Sequence record: MN850584.1
DNA: 64,000 nt
Source: Escherichia phage arall
Direction: 5' to 3' (one strand)
Numbering within the stretch: position 1 is the first letter of the stretch; every line of letters begins with the position of its first letter. This document shows, one piece after another, positions 44,846 to 54,373 of this stretch. The notes beneath the pieces were generated by a model. It saw only the letters and a list, made by a program, of their open reading frames with translations, was not told where the DNA came from and made no database searches. A program made the position numbers and the translations under genes.

Positions 44846-45112
44846 TAATGTTTAGAACATTGGCTATAATATAAGCTGCATATAATAAGCTATACAATAA
44901 TAAACATGGTGAATAATGACCCTGATGATCATAATGCGCCACCCTCCAGGGGGCGCTATGTGTACACAAAAAATCTTTCTTGTCAAGAAAATATTAACAC
45001 TATTGCGCAAAATTATTTACAACTGAATAGATGATTTTTCATACTATTGCCCCTATAACATACCTCATTTGTTGAGCCTACTTTCTTAAAAGCGCAATAA
45101 ATCAGAATTATC

Positions 45113-45141
45113 TTGATTTTTAGGGCGTTTTATAGTATAGA
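45113..45141 (+). promoter_or_regulatory. Candidate promoter (TTGATT-17-TATAGA) with Fur box at predicted start site
   Basis: Weak hexamers; Fur-like 19-mer immediately downstream. Confidence 0.25.
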
Positions 45142-45147
45142 AAATAT

Positions 45148-45166
45148 GCAAATGATAATCATTATC
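45148..45166. promoter_or_regulatory. Fur-box-like operator (best match)
   Basis: GCAAATGATAATCATTATC vs Fur consensus GATAATGATAATCATTATC, 17/19. Confidence 0.45.
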
Positions 45167-45330
45167 AGCTATCTTCCACGGGTGGCACTATTTCACGCCA
45201 GATCATTTCATTTGGCAAGGTGTATATAGATGTTTAGACTTGCCAAGCCATTGATTTACTTAGAATTTATCTGTTTTGTTGTGAGTAGTACCTTTCTTGC
45301 TTAGAAAATAATCAAAAGTCTTATAAGTCA

Positions 45331-45365
45331 TTGAATGATAATGCAAATGATAATTATTCTCATTG
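45331..45365 (+). promoter_or_regulatory. Candidate promoter overlapped by tandem GATAAT Fur-like repeats
   Basis: TTGAATGATAATGCAAATGATAATTATTCTCATTG; -35-like TTGAAT, AT-rich -10 region. Confidence 0.35.
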
Positions 45366-45445
45366 ATATTTGAGGGGGACGGTCGGCAGAAATCGGGGGG
45401 CGCTGAAAATCGCGTTAAGCACCTCTCGCAAGCGAGCAGTGTTTT
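45366..45445 (+). ncRNA. Candidate small RNA (about 80 nt) between Fur-like operator and terminator-like hairpin
   Basis: GC-rich segment with no ORF, ending in CACCTCTCGC-AA-GCGAGCAGTG hairpin followed by TTTT (45420-45445); speculative. Confidence 0.25.
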
Positions 45446-45809
45446 GCGGCAAGTTATTGATATTATTGACTTTACGCTTATGAAAAGGGGGTGTGTCGAA
45501 ATAAATCGGGTATACCGGAAAATTTTTGTGGCATAGATATTTATTTGTCTATATTATGTACAAAGGGGTGTATTAAAAATAATAGGTATATATAGAATAA
45601 TTGATAGGGAAATCCTATACTAAATCCTTCATTAATGATGTTCCTATGTTGCTGTTCTTGTAACAGATGAAAAGACGCTATATGATGTGTGGCATGAGAC
45701 GTAAATTTATAAGATGCAAATAATGCTTGCATTGAATAGAAATGTCTATACACTGTGTTTCATAAGATATGCAATATCGCGCATAACAAACTACTAATGA
45801 GAGGTGTAA

Positions 45810-46127
45810 ATGAGAACCTTAGCTTTGTATATTGATCCTCACTCCATTCGAGAAATGCGAGATGTACAACAGGATTACGAATTCTACCCAGAAATTTGTG
45901 AACGCTATGAAACTATTCTTAGTTCTGTAGAAGATCCAGATACTAGTGAAACAGGTGCTTCCCACTTACTGTGGATGTTGAATGAAATTCAGGATGTGTG
46001 TAATGGTATGTCTGAAACCAAACACCATCGTTGGCTAGGCTATATTCAGGGTGTTATGGTTATGAAAAACCTTATTACAGTGAACGATGAACGTAATGCT
46101 ACACGCCCCGTCTTTAATGGAGCATAA
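45810..46127 (+). CDS. Hypothetical protein
   Basis: 105 aa ORF, ATG with GAGAGG SD. Confidence 0.55.
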   Translation: MRTLALYIDPHSIREMRDVQQDYEFYPEICERYETILSSVEDPDTSETGASHLLWMLNEIQDVCNGMSETKHHRWLGYIQGVMVMKNLITVNDERNATRPVFNGA

Positions 46128-46128
46128 C

Positions 46129-46344
46129 ATGAAAAGCATTCAGGTGTGTATTGAAAATAATTGTGGTTATCTGGGATTGACACACGTTGCTTTCCCTCTT
46201 ATGTTAGATGCCGATATCGCTTACAGCGGAGTTGCTTATGTGTCATTCAAGACAATGAGCCAAGTACCTGGCTGGAAGTGGGGAGTAGTTGATGTTGTTG
46301 AAGGAGAAGATTATGTTTTCCTTCCACACGAATATACTGTTTAA
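46129..46344 (+). CDS. Hypothetical protein
   Basis: ATG at 46129 with GGAG upstream. Confidence 0.5.
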   Translation: MKSIQVCIENNCGYLGLTHVAFPLMLDADIAYSGVAYVSFKTMSQVPGWKWGVVDVVEGEDYVFLPHEYTV

Positions 46345-46359
46345 AGAGAGGAAAAGAAG

Positions 46360-46530
46360 ATGGATAAACAAACTACTGTGTACTTAGTAACAAAGAATAC
46401 CCCAGGCTGGAGCCAATGCAGCACTGTCCCTTACAAGATCTGTGCAACACTAGCACAACGTGCAGAAGCAGAAGTGAATGCCATGCAATACAGCTATGGT
46501 GAGATCATTCCTTTTACTCTTGAACAATAA
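46360..46530 (+). CDS. Small hypothetical protein (56 aa)
   Basis: ATG after GAGAGGAAAAG; below track cutoff. Confidence 0.4.
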   Translation: MDKQTTVYLVTKNTPGWSQCSTVPYKICATLAQRAEAEVNAMQYSYGEIIPFTLEQ

Positions 46531-46541
46531 GGAGTTGTGTA

Positions 46542-46994
46542 ATGTTTGAAATTGGTAAAGTGTATCGTTTTAAGAACGCATCTTATATCCGTAAGTTTGC
46601 TAATGTGTCTGAGTGCAATAGCAGGATTGCTTCTTTCTTAGGTGATTCCTATTTTCGTGTATTAGATGTGGATGACTGGTATGGTGTCACTGCTTTGCAA
46701 TCCTTAGCAGGAGAACAAGAAATTATCGCTCAAAATGAAGGAGACTTTCTTCAGTGTTACACGTTACTTGCAAAAAGTGAGTTTGAGTATTTTGTAGAAG
46801 TCTTAGAGGAAGCACCAAAAAGTAAACACGAAGAGAAATACCTGCTTGTAGTGGATGGAGTTCCGATCATGGAAACCATCTCCCGTGAGGAAGTTGAAAA
46901 AGAGGCAAAACGTTACAAGCTGGATCGTACACAGAGTGTAGTTGAAGTCTATTCTCTTGTTGGTGTTGCAGATATTAATGTGACCATTGTATAA
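46542..46994 (+). CDS. Hypothetical protein
   Basis: 150 aa ORF. Confidence 0.55.
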   Translation: MFEIGKVYRFKNASYIRKFANVSECNSRIASFLGDSYFRVLDVDDWYGVTALQSLAGEQEIIAQNEGDFLQCYTLLAKSEFEYFVEVLEEAPKSKHEEKYLLVVDGVPIMETISREEVEKEAKRYKLDRTQSVVEVYSLVGVADINVTIV

Positions 46995-46997
46995 TAT

Positions 46998-47210
46998 ATG
47001 TGTAATGACAGATACATTCTTCGTGTATCTGATAAGTCTCCTATGTTTGACTGGCGGGGCTGGTGGCTACTAGCTCCGATGCAAGGTCTGACAGACGTGG
47101 AAAAGGAGGCTTATGTGTATACAAAAGAAGAGATAGAAGATAACCTTTATTTGACAGATAACATTAAGAATGGTATCTTTGAGTGTAAATTGAAAGGAGA
47201 GGAAGAATGA
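46998..47210 (+). CDS. Hypothetical protein
   Basis: 70 aa ORF. Confidence 0.45.
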   Translation: MCNDRYILRVSDKSPMFDWRGWWLLAPMQGLTDVEKEAYVYTKEEIEDNLYLTDNIKNGIFECKLKGEEE

Positions 47211-47506
47211 CTATTACAGAAAAACTGCGCTGTATTGCAAAGCAAAGTGGAGAAGGTTTATGGTTTCCTATTGAGGAAATTATTCAGGACTGTTATGATC
47301 AGGCTAAGACTGGCAAATACTCCAAAGCATTTAAACCATCTGTTTTCGGTTTGGATGATTATCCAAAAAATAAACAAGCAAAGAAACGCCAAGTTGATTT
47401 GATTGATCTTGCTATGGAAGCACTACGAGAGCGTGGACTTAGTAAGGTGTATGCTTTAAACACCAAAGAGGGTTTTGTAGATTCAGTGATCGTAGATTGG
47501 CATTAA
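47207..47506 (+). CDS. Hypothetical protein
   Basis: 99 aa ORF, ATGA overlap with upstream. Confidence 0.5.
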   Translation: MTITEKLRCIAKQSGEGLWFPIEEIIQDCYDQAKTGKYSKAFKPSVFGLDDYPKNKQAKKRQVDLIDLAMEALRERGLSKVYALNTKEGFVDSVIVDWH

Positions 47507-47515
47507 GGAGAAACC

Positions 47516-47884
47516 ATGCAAGAGAATAGTAAAGTGTGTAGCATGAAAAGCAGCCCCTATTTGCTACAATTTTATGAGTGGTGGTTAGAACAAGAAGATA
47601 CAAACTTTAGCAAAAAGCATTATGGTCTTTGCACGTGTCTTGTAGACTTTTTGTACAATATTGCTTGGATAAAAGATGTTGAGAATGTATCAAAGCTCCA
47701 ATCCTCTGTACGAGAGGAAATGAAGGAACAATTTAAGAAAGCGGGTTTGAACCATTTACATCCGTTTAATACGGATTTCTCGCACTACTTTACGGAAACA
47801 GAACTAGGCATTGCACACCTTAATAAAGAACGTGTACAATGGGTGATTGATCGTATTCGTGATATGGAGGAATACAATGGTTAA
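47516..47884 (+). CDS. Hypothetical protein (paralog of 48794-49378)
   Basis: Shared LLQFY...HPFN...HLN..R..WV..R pattern with 48794 ORF. Confidence 0.55.
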   Translation: MQENSKVCSMKSSPYLLQFYEWWLEQEDTNFSKKHYGLCTCLVDFLYNIAWIKDVENVSKLQSSVREEMKEQFKKAGLNHLHPFNTDFSHYFTETELGIAHLNKERVQWVIDRIRDMEEYNG

Positions 47885-48086
47885 GTTTAAAACTTTCTGT
47901 GCAATCACTGTTTGTCTTATTCTTGCATACGTGTTATTCTCTAGTATCATTCGTTTAGGTGAGTATATGGCAAGAGAAGCTCGTGAAAGTGAAGCTAAAA
48001 AAGAACAGTGCATCGTGTTAAAGCACCAAAGGGATGCTGAAAAATTTCTTGAACAGGATTGTGGGCGCTATGTGAATTATAATTAG
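47877..48086 (+). CDS. Small membrane-anchored protein (paralog of 52875-53099)
   Basis: ATG at 47877 with GGAGG SD; N-terminal TM; shared KE(K/Q)CI(I/V)LKH...AE.FL...C..Y(I/V).Y with 52875 ORF. Confidence 0.5.
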   Translation: MVKFKTFCAITVCLILAYVLFSSIIRLGEYMAREARESEAKKEQCIVLKHQRDAEKFLEQDCGRYVNYN

Positions 48087-48095
48087 GAGGGAAGT

Positions 48096-48344
48096 ATGTT
48101 AGATATTTTTACCTTTGATCGTGTTGGTACACCGATTACCGAAGAAGAACGTACCAAAATTGAACAAGAATTGGATGCTTTACGTGCGTCTCTTACAGAC
48201 ACAGCCTCACTACAACGTGAAGCTGCACATCTCACAGAGATCACTGGTATTCAGTGGAGCACGGAGTGGGTTGTAATTACAATTGAAGCGGATATTTGGG
48301 GACATGAAGAGACGCTACGTACCGGAGTAGTAACGGTTTGGTGA
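48096..48344 (+). CDS. Hypothetical protein
   Basis: 82 aa ORF. Confidence 0.5.
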   Translation: MLDIFTFDRVGTPITEEERTKIEQELDALRASLTDTASLQREAAHLTEITGIQWSTEWVVITIEADIWGHEETLRTGVVTVW

Positions 48345-48390
48345 TAGATGTTATTCTTTTGTGTTTCTTGATATATAAATAGGAGGGTTT

Positions 48391-48615
48391 ATGGTAAAAC
48401 GTCTGGAATGGGATGCGTGTACTGCTCACGCTTGCCACTGTGATATTGTTGAAGATCCTAATGGAGAGATGGTGTATTATGAAGATTACGAAGCATTGCA
48501 CAATGCTGTGATTGCTTTACTGGATGATATTAGCTCACGCTATCCAGGACAACAATTCACGTGTCCACATATCCAACTATTAGCCGAACTTACGGAGTAT
48601 CCAAGTGTTCCATAA
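48391..48615 (+). CDS. Hypothetical protein
   Basis: 74 aa ORF. Confidence 0.5.
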   Translation: MVKRLEWDACTAHACHCDIVEDPNGEMVYYEDYEALHNAVIALLDDISSRYPGQQFTCPHIQLLAELTEYPSVP

Positions 48616-48793
48616 TATGGGTGTCCCTGAACAACTGCTCTTTATTGTAGGATTAGTAGGCTTATTGGCGGCTGGCGCTAAAGCCGCTTCTCACACGCAT
48701 CACATAATGTTAAGATTTCTGTTCCTACTCCCTTCTATCCTTGTATTATTAGTCATATTGATTGATAACATTTTTCACAATTAAGGAGAGGTT

Positions 48794-49378
48794 ATGAATA
48801 AAATTATACCAAGCAGTTATGAATTATTGCAGTTTTATGTATATTACTTAGACTGGGTTAATAGATCGAATGTTAAAGACAATGCGATGTTTAGTAAAAA
48901 CATCTGTTTAACAGAAAGTATCTTCCGTTATTGGCACACAGGTAGAAAGTGTACACACAGTGAAGCTATGCGCATTGTAGGAGAATATCTGGAGCAATTG
49001 CAAAAAGCAGAGCTACCTGTCCTTCACCCATTCAATGAATCTAAAGAAGAATTAGAACAAGAGTGTAGAGAAGGTAAGTGCCATTTGAATGAAAAACGTA
49101 TCGAATGGGTGAGGCAACGTTTAGCCGATGCAGGAAAGCCTCCTAGTGACTCTGACTATACGTGGTATGATGTAGAGGGTTTAGTTCAAGGTTTTGAGGC
49201 TTGTGCTATAGATAATACCAACTTTGCCAAAGTTTTATGTGAGGCTTATGATCTGGCAGATAAAATCCGAAATCACGGATGGAAACAAGAGCATAAAGAA
49301 TCATATGAACGCCTTGACAAGATTTTCAAACAGATCTATTCTAACCACAAGAAGATGTTCCAAATGGAGGATGTGTAA
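48794..49378 (+). CDS. Hypothetical protein (paralog of 47516-47884)
   Basis: 194 aa ORF. Confidence 0.55.
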   Translation: MNKIIPSSYELLQFYVYYLDWVNRSNVKDNAMFSKNICLTESIFRYWHTGRKCTHSEAMRIVGEYLEQLQKAELPVLHPFNESKEELEQECREGKCHLNEKRIEWVRQRLADAGKPPSDSDYTWYDVEGLVQGFEACAIDNTNFAKVLCEAYDLADKIRNHGWKQEHKESYERLDKIFKQIYSNHKKMFQMEDV

Positions 49379-50064
49379 TGAAAGAGATTATGTTTGAAGG
49401 GCATTGTTACGAAGTTCCAGACAATGCAAATTTCATGGCTCGTGATATCACTGGAGATGTGTTCTGGTTTGAAGATGAACCTATGTTTTCTTCGAACAAA
49501 CACTGGTTTTCACAACAATCTTCTTCGGAAAATATGACTTTTGGCTACGTAGAGCCTAAAGTGCGCTGCAAAGCAGCTTCTTCTTTGGTAAAAATTTCCC
49601 AAGATGATCAAGAAAATACTCAAGATGTTGTTAGTGCGCTACTGAAGTACATTGCAGAACTTGAGAAGAAAATTAAAGAAGCAGAAACTAAGGTGAAAGC
49701 ACGATCAGCAATCATCGAAGCCATGTCTGAACGTATTTTAGAACTAGAAGATTTGTGTGGAGAGGCTTATCAAGTGGTTGGTGCGCTGGCTTGTGAAGCA
49801 CAAATGTTTGAAACTTCAGAACAAGTTTCACATATGTTAGATAATTTGAGTGAATGTAAAATGATTCATGATGATGTATTGCCATTTTGTTGCAATGTTA
49901 ACAAAACAGAGCAAACACAAGATTCAGAAACAGTTTATGTTCCGCTAATGTGTGTTCCAGATCATCTAAAAGGTGTATTCTCTTGTAAATGGTCGCTGTT
50001 GAGCGTTACTAATTGTGGTGAAAACTATTCTGCCAACATTGAATTGCTAAAACACGTTAAATAA
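49378..50064 (+). CDS. Hypothetical protein
   Basis: 228 aa ORF, ATG overlapping upstream stop. Confidence 0.55.
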   Translation: MKEIMFEGHCYEVPDNANFMARDITGDVFWFEDEPMFSSNKHWFSQQSSSENMTFGYVEPKVRCKAASSLVKISQDDQENTQDVVSALLKYIAELEKKIKEAETKVKARSAIIEAMSERILELEDLCGEAYQVVGALACEAQMFETSEQVSHMLDNLSECKMIHDDVLPFCCNVNKTEQTQDSETVYVPLMCVPDHLKGVFSCKWSLLSVTNCGENYSANIELLKHVK

Positions 50065-50074
50065 GGAGAGTAAT

Positions 50075-50479
50075 ATGTGGTCTGTTAAAATCAAATATAA
50101 TGCGCAGTATTATGGTGGAAAGCCTTACGAAGTTGTTATTTGTGACTGTATCTCTAAAGAAGTTGCACAGCTTTGTGGCGCTGGTGTTAGTGAAGCTATG
50201 AACAAAATGCATAACTCTACTGTGCGTTACCTGGATCAAGATATTCCAGAAGATGTAAATGACTATGCTTACGAAATTATTTACAGTGAAGGTAAAAAGC
50301 TCTCTATTGAAGATGCACTTAAAGCACTACCTGCTATGTGCAACCCGACACCAGAAGCAGTTAAAGAGATTTTACCAGAATCCAACCCCGATGAATATGC
50401 CTCTATGGTTGCTTCAGATATGTGGAATCTCTGTCGAGAAACTATGATTAAAAATCTGGTGGAAATGGCGCATGAGTAA
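50075..50479 (+). CDS. Hypothetical protein
   Basis: 134 aa ORF. Confidence 0.55.
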   Translation: MWSVKIKYNAQYYGGKPYEVVICDCISKEVAQLCGAGVSEAMNKMHNSTVRYLDQDIPEDVNDYAYEIIYSEGKKLSIEDALKALPAMCNPTPEAVKEILPESNPDEYASMVASDMWNLCRETMIKNLVEMAHE

Positions 50480-50690
50480 AACGCACTTTATACATCCGTT
50501 TGATCCAAAGAACAAGGCGGTTATACACCGCCGTTGGACTGAAACGCGCATTACAAAATGTCCTGTGCCAGCAGCACAGGAATATAACAAAACATATAAA
50601 GCAGAATTTGTGGAGTACACCTTTGTAAATAACAAAGGGAAGGAGGTTTATGTTCCAGAATACTGCCTTTGGATAAAATGGGAGGAATAA
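50472..50690 (+). CDS. Hypothetical protein
   Basis: 72 aa ORF. Confidence 0.45.
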   Translation: MSKTHFIHPFDPKNKAVIHRRWTETRITKCPVPAAQEYNKTYKAEFVEYTFVNNKGKEVYVPEYCLWIKWEE

Positions 50691-50857
50691 TGCAAACATT
50701 TTTTATCGACAAGTTTAATAAAAATATGAACACGTGGATGGCAACATTCACTATGCAATTTGCGTCATTTAAAGAGGCTCAAGAATGGTGCGATCAGCAC
50801 AAGGATTTTGATTTTTACTATCAAATTAATACAAATCTTTCTCCAGAGGATAAATAA
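50690..50857 (+). CDS. Small hypothetical protein
   Basis: ATG at 50690 with GGGAGG SD, overlapping upstream stop. Confidence 0.45.
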   Translation: MQTFFIDKFNKNMNTWMATFTMQFASFKEAQEWCDQHKDFDFYYQINTNLSPEDK

Positions 50858-50858
50858 T

Positions 50859-51203
50859 ATGTTGGCTGATATTGAAATCCTTATGTACCGCCAAGGTATG
50901 ATCAAAATGTGGCTGGATTCTTTTAGCAACATATACTGCACAGTGCGATCAGCAGAGGAGCGTAAAACGCTTATTTTATCTGCTATTGTTGATAAACAAC
51001 GTTTCTTCAAAGAAGTTTTGCAAACAGGCTTCTCCGATGCAGGAGTAGAGATTGCAACTCTTAGTCTTGGGGTGCTGTCTTACTTGGAATCCGTTGTTTT
51101 ATATGTCTTCTCTTTAGAAGAACACTTGCAATTTGAAGCATTAAAACTTATCTTAGACGCTGCAATTGACATAGAACAAAATCGAATTGATTCTTTTGAA
51201 TAA
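50859..51203 (+). CDS. Hypothetical protein
   Basis: ATG at 50859 just after upstream stop. Confidence 0.5.
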   Translation: MLADIEILMYRQGMIKMWLDSFSNIYCTVRSAEERKTLILSAIVDKQRFFKEVLQTGFSDAGVEIATLSLGVLSYLESVVLYVFSLEEHLQFEALKLILDAAIDIEQNRIDSFE

Positions 51204-51219
51204 AAATAAGGAGAAAACC

Positions 51220-51678
51220 ATGCAAGAGGTTAAACATTATCCACATGGTCGTAGTTTTGTAGCTGTATGGCATGTTCCTGCTCGTAATGAACTGTTTTGT
51301 GCATCTTTTCATTACAAAGATGGACAATATTTCACCTATGACGAGACGATGGATGATTTTATCCCAGAGTGCGATCATGGGTATACACCAATGTTCTTTA
51401 AACGTATGAAAGCTCGTTTCTTCGTTACAGATGTTGATGGTGAACCTACTTGGCACATCGAAGAAGATTGGCAAGATTCTGTGGATATTAAAGAAGCCCC
51501 AGAATGGGCTACACTACTGGTACACGTGAAAACCCCTACCCTTGACATTATGGCGTGGGTTAATCATGATGATACCCATTACCAATACATAAACAGTAGC
51601 ACAGAGATTTCTGGTGAGATTATTGGTCGTTGGAAGCCTACGAATCAGGTTGCTATTGTCGGATATAAGACAGTATAA
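51220..51678 (+). CDS. Hypothetical protein
   Basis: ATG at 51220 with AAGGAG SD. Confidence 0.55.
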   Translation: MQEVKHYPHGRSFVAVWHVPARNELFCASFHYKDGQYFTYDETMDDFIPECDHGYTPMFFKRMKARFFVTDVDGEPTWHIEEDWQDSVDIKEAPEWATLLVHVKTPTLDIMAWVNHDDTHYQYINSSTEISGEIIGRWKPTNQVAIVGYKTV

Positions 51679-51679
51679 T

Positions 51680-51874
51680 ATGAAAAGTAGCGTAGATTGG
51701 GATGATTTATCCGCTTTTGAAAAATGGTTCTTAGGTAGTGGTTGTTATGCAGATGGGGATCTCGAAAGAGATCCTTCTGGAAACTACATTATGCCATTAA
51801 CCCAAGGTTTTTATGAGTGCTGGTGCGCAGCACAAAACAACGTACTGAATAAGGAGACAACACAATGCAATTAA
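51680..51874 (+). CDS. Small hypothetical protein
   Basis: ATG at 51680. Confidence 0.45.
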   Translation: MKSSVDWDDLSAFEKWFLGSGCYADGDLERDPSGNYIMPLTQGFYECWCAAQNNVLNKETTQCN

Positions 51875-52104
51875 ACATCGGACAACCAATTTTTGATGCA
51901 GATACTGGTCAATATGCAGTGATTGTTGCTCGTATGAGCGGTGATGACTTTATTGTTTCAGAACTACTGGAATCAGATCCGCAACTGCGTGTGGTTTGTG
52001 ACCTATATCTTCGAGACGAAAGTGATCGCATTGCACTGAAAGAAGATGGTATGCTTTACTACACCTGGACTAGAGATCCTGGTGTAAAGGAGGTAGAGGT
52101 ATAA
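51865..52104 (+). CDS. Hypothetical protein
   Basis: 79 aa ORF. Confidence 0.5.
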   Translation: MQLNIGQPIFDADTGQYAVIVARMSGDDFIVSELLESDPQLRVVCDLYLRDESDRIALKEDGMLYYTWTRDPGVKEVEV

Positions 52105-52403
52105 TGGTAAGGAATAGGGGTTTACATAAAAGAAGACACCTTACTTACTGGCATCGCAAAGTACATGAACCTGTATCAAAGAAAGAATGGCAATACCTTC
52201 CTTATGGAAAGGAGCGAAGGAAGTATTTGTTAGCTCATTTAAGGGTACATGGTTCGCTTCCTGTTAACAGTAAGTGGCAATTGCAAACAGCTTATGACGA
52301 AGATATGAAATATCTGTTAAAGAGAGGCATTATTTGCCTTGTTAAGATAGGACGATGGAAATCTCGTCAATCTTATATCGTACTTAAACAGGAGAAACGA
52401 TGA
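52104..52403 (+). CDS. Basic protein (possible nucleic-acid binding)
   Basis: 99 aa, Arg/Lys/His-rich. Confidence 0.5.
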   Translation: MVRNRGLHKRRHLTYWHRKVHEPVSKKEWQYLPYGKERRKYLLAHLRVHGSLPVNSKWQLQTAYDEDMKYLLKRGIICLVKIGRWKSRQSYIVLKQEKR

Positions 52404-52651
52404 ATATCAAAGATGTTGTAGCATACGTAGAAGATGAAGTTAAAAACCATACAAGTTTACTGAAAGTAATGGTTGTGGTTAAAGATGGTATTGGACAAGT
52501 AAACGTACAACATGTCTTATCTGACACTGTATATAATGTGTTTGAATGTAAAGAAACACCTCATGGAGTACGTGTGGTTTATATTGATAACAATTTCAAA
52601 GAATGTGTGAGACATACCTTAGAAAATGAACTAAGGATCACAATCTTATGA
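52400..52651 (+). CDS. Hypothetical protein
   Basis: 83 aa ORF. Confidence 0.5.
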   Translation: MNIKDVVAYVEDEVKNHTSLLKVMVVVKDGIGQVNVQHVLSDTVYNVFECKETPHGVRVVYIDNNFKECVRHTLENELRITIL

Positions 52652-52821
52652 GTTATTATGTTGTACCTTATGCCAATAAGTGGAGAGTAAGAGAAACTTG
52701 TTTTCTGTTCTCCTGGTGGGCTACATTCGGAGATGGCTGTGGAAATGATACAGGGAAGCCTGTAGAGTATGACACAAAAGAAGAATGTGAACAGTGGATA
52801 AAATTAACACAAAGATGTTGA
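52648..52821 (+). CDS. Small hypothetical protein (57 aa)
   Basis: ATGA overlap with upstream gene. Confidence 0.35.
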   Translation: MSYYVVPYANKWRVRETCFLFSWWATFGDGCGNDTGKPVEYDTKEECEQWIKLTQRC

Positions 52822-52846
52822 CACGATCTTAACTTCTTGTTAGTAT
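52818..52846 (+). promoter_or_regulatory. Sigma70-like promoter (TTGACA-17-TAGTAT)
   Basis: Upstream of gene 52875. Confidence 0.45.
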
Positions 52847-52874
52847 CAATGTGTACTAACGATAAGGAGGGTTT

Positions 52875-53099
52875 ATGAAGTCTGTAAACAAGTTGCAACA
52901 ATTTTTGTTATCAACAGCAATCTTTTTGCTTTTGTTAATTGGTATTCTGTATGGTGCATCTAACTTATACAATCTACATAATGATGTAGAACAGAATAAA
53001 GAGAAGTGCATCATTCTAAAACACAAGAAACAAGCAGAAGATTTCTTAAAGAATAAGTGTTACAACTACATTGATTATGAGGAGACAAACAATGATTAA
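52875..53099 (+). CDS. Small membrane-anchored protein (paralog of 47877-48086)
   Basis: N-terminal TM; conserved C-terminal motif. Confidence 0.5.
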   Translation: MKSVNKLQQFLLSTAIFLLLLIGILYGASNLYNLHNDVEQNKEKCIILKHKKQAEDFLKNKCYNYIDYEETNND

Positions 53100-53334
53100 A
53101 GAATTAGGTATGCGAGTATACAGTGAGTGGACTCCAAGCAATGGCCCAGGAGTTGTTGCAGCTAAATGTATCAATGGTCGTATTGAGTACCTGGAAGGGT
53201 ATGAAGATAATGAAGAATTAGTAGATTATGCTAAATCTTTTATTGAAGATGATACAGACTTTATTGTATTATATGATACAGGAGAGTTAGAGTATGGATA
53301 TGATGGAGATGGGGATATCTTTGAACTTCAATAA
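53092..53334 (+). CDS. Hypothetical acidic protein
   Basis: ATG at 53092 with GAGGAG SD. Confidence 0.5.
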   Translation: MIKELGMRVYSEWTPSNGPGVVAAKCINGRIEYLEGYEDNEELVDYAKSFIEDDTDFIVLYDTGELEYGYDGDGDIFELQ

Positions 53335-53352
53335 GAGTAGTAAGTAAGGTAT

Positions 53353-53416
53353 AAAGAGTATATAGTTAGTTATAGAGTTAGTAACATTACATATACTCTT
53401 TCCATGTATAACATGG
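53353..53416. repeat. Inverted repeat plus near-palindrome in intergenic gap
   Basis: AAGAGTATAT...ATATACTCTT (10-bp arms) followed by CCATGTATAACATGG. Confidence 0.4.
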
Positions 53417-53541
53417 AATATTCTCTACCTCGCTATCGCTCGGTATATAAGATTAGGGTAGCATGTTTTTTACGAAAAGTAAAACTGTTTATACCGATTG
53501 ATAGCAGGTTTTTAATAGATTCTATCTGTGAGGAGTAGAAA

Positions 53542-53760
53542 GTGTACAAATTATATAAAGGAAAAGATAAGTTTACGGGTAATACATCTGGTTTCTATGT
53601 AACACCACGCGGCGTTGCCGTATTTGATTGGATTCCTGGTACTCCAGATCGTGAAATGATCTCTCTTGTAAAACTGTCGGAACAAGAGTACACTTACGGT
53701 GACATTACAACATTCTATTCTCGTGCAGAAAATCCAAAACTGATTGCGGAGTGGGAATAA
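53542..53760 (+). CDS. Hypothetical protein (GTG start)
   Basis: GAGGAG SD upstream of GTG. Confidence 0.45.
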   Translation: MYKLYKGKDKFTGNTSGFYVTPRGVAVFDWIPGTPDREMISLVKLSEQEYTYGDITTFYSRAENPKLIAEWE

Positions 53761-54023
53761 TGGTTACACGATATGATTTAGAGGTGTACAGCCAAGGTGC
53801 TGCTGGTCAATGTGATATTGTACCAGATCCAGAAGGAGACTATGTTCTTCTTGCTGATTACAACAAGCTAGAAGAAAGACTTCTGGCTGTGTATGCTAAA
53901 GAGAACAAAACAATCTGTCCTTATTGCAATGGAATGGGTTGGGTGGTTGCAGATGTTGGACAAATGTATGAGTGTGTACCTTGTAAAACCACAGGCTTTA
54001 TTGAAAAGGATACTGACAAATGA
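53760..54023 (+). CDS. Cys-containing hypothetical protein
   Basis: ATG at 53760; CPYCNG...CVPC motif suggests zinc ribbon. Confidence 0.5.
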   Translation: MVTRYDLEVYSQGAAGQCDIVPDPEGDYVLLADYNKLEERLLAVYAKENKTICPYCNGMGWVVADVGQMYECVPCKTTGFIEKDTDK

Positions 54024-54268
54024 CTGTAGCAGATAAAATGAGAGAACTGGCAGAAAACGCAGAACTTAACAAAGCAAAGGAGAGTTTACAAAACATCTAC
54101 GCGTATATTGAAAGAGCAGCTAAAGATGGAGACAGAGAAGCCGCTATATACACGCTTTATCCAACTTTTGTAAAAGTTAGTTTGGATGCTGAAGGTTTTT
54201 CAACTTTTATTGATACAGAAACATCTCATTACGATGAAAACTTTACTCGAATAGTTATTCGATGGTAA
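54020..54268 (+). CDS. Hypothetical protein
   Basis: 82 aa ORF. Confidence 0.5.
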   Translation: MTVADKMRELAENAELNKAKESLQNIYAYIERAAKDGDREAAIYTLYPTFVKVSLDAEGFSTFIDTETSHYDENFTRIVIRW

Positions 54269-54373
54269 ATTTCTGATATTTATGCGCCCTGGCTACCTGG
54301 GCGTAATAAATTCAGCTTATATTTGATCCGCGCCTTCGGCGCTTAGGCAAAGCCACGCCACATAGGAGAGTTT

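Noticed and set aside
44606-45753. Short ORFs in the 44.0-45.8 kb non-coding region (44606-44800, 45541-45753, and a plus-strand ATG near 44118)
   Set aside because: Run through palindromes and repeats; no convincing ribosome-binding site.
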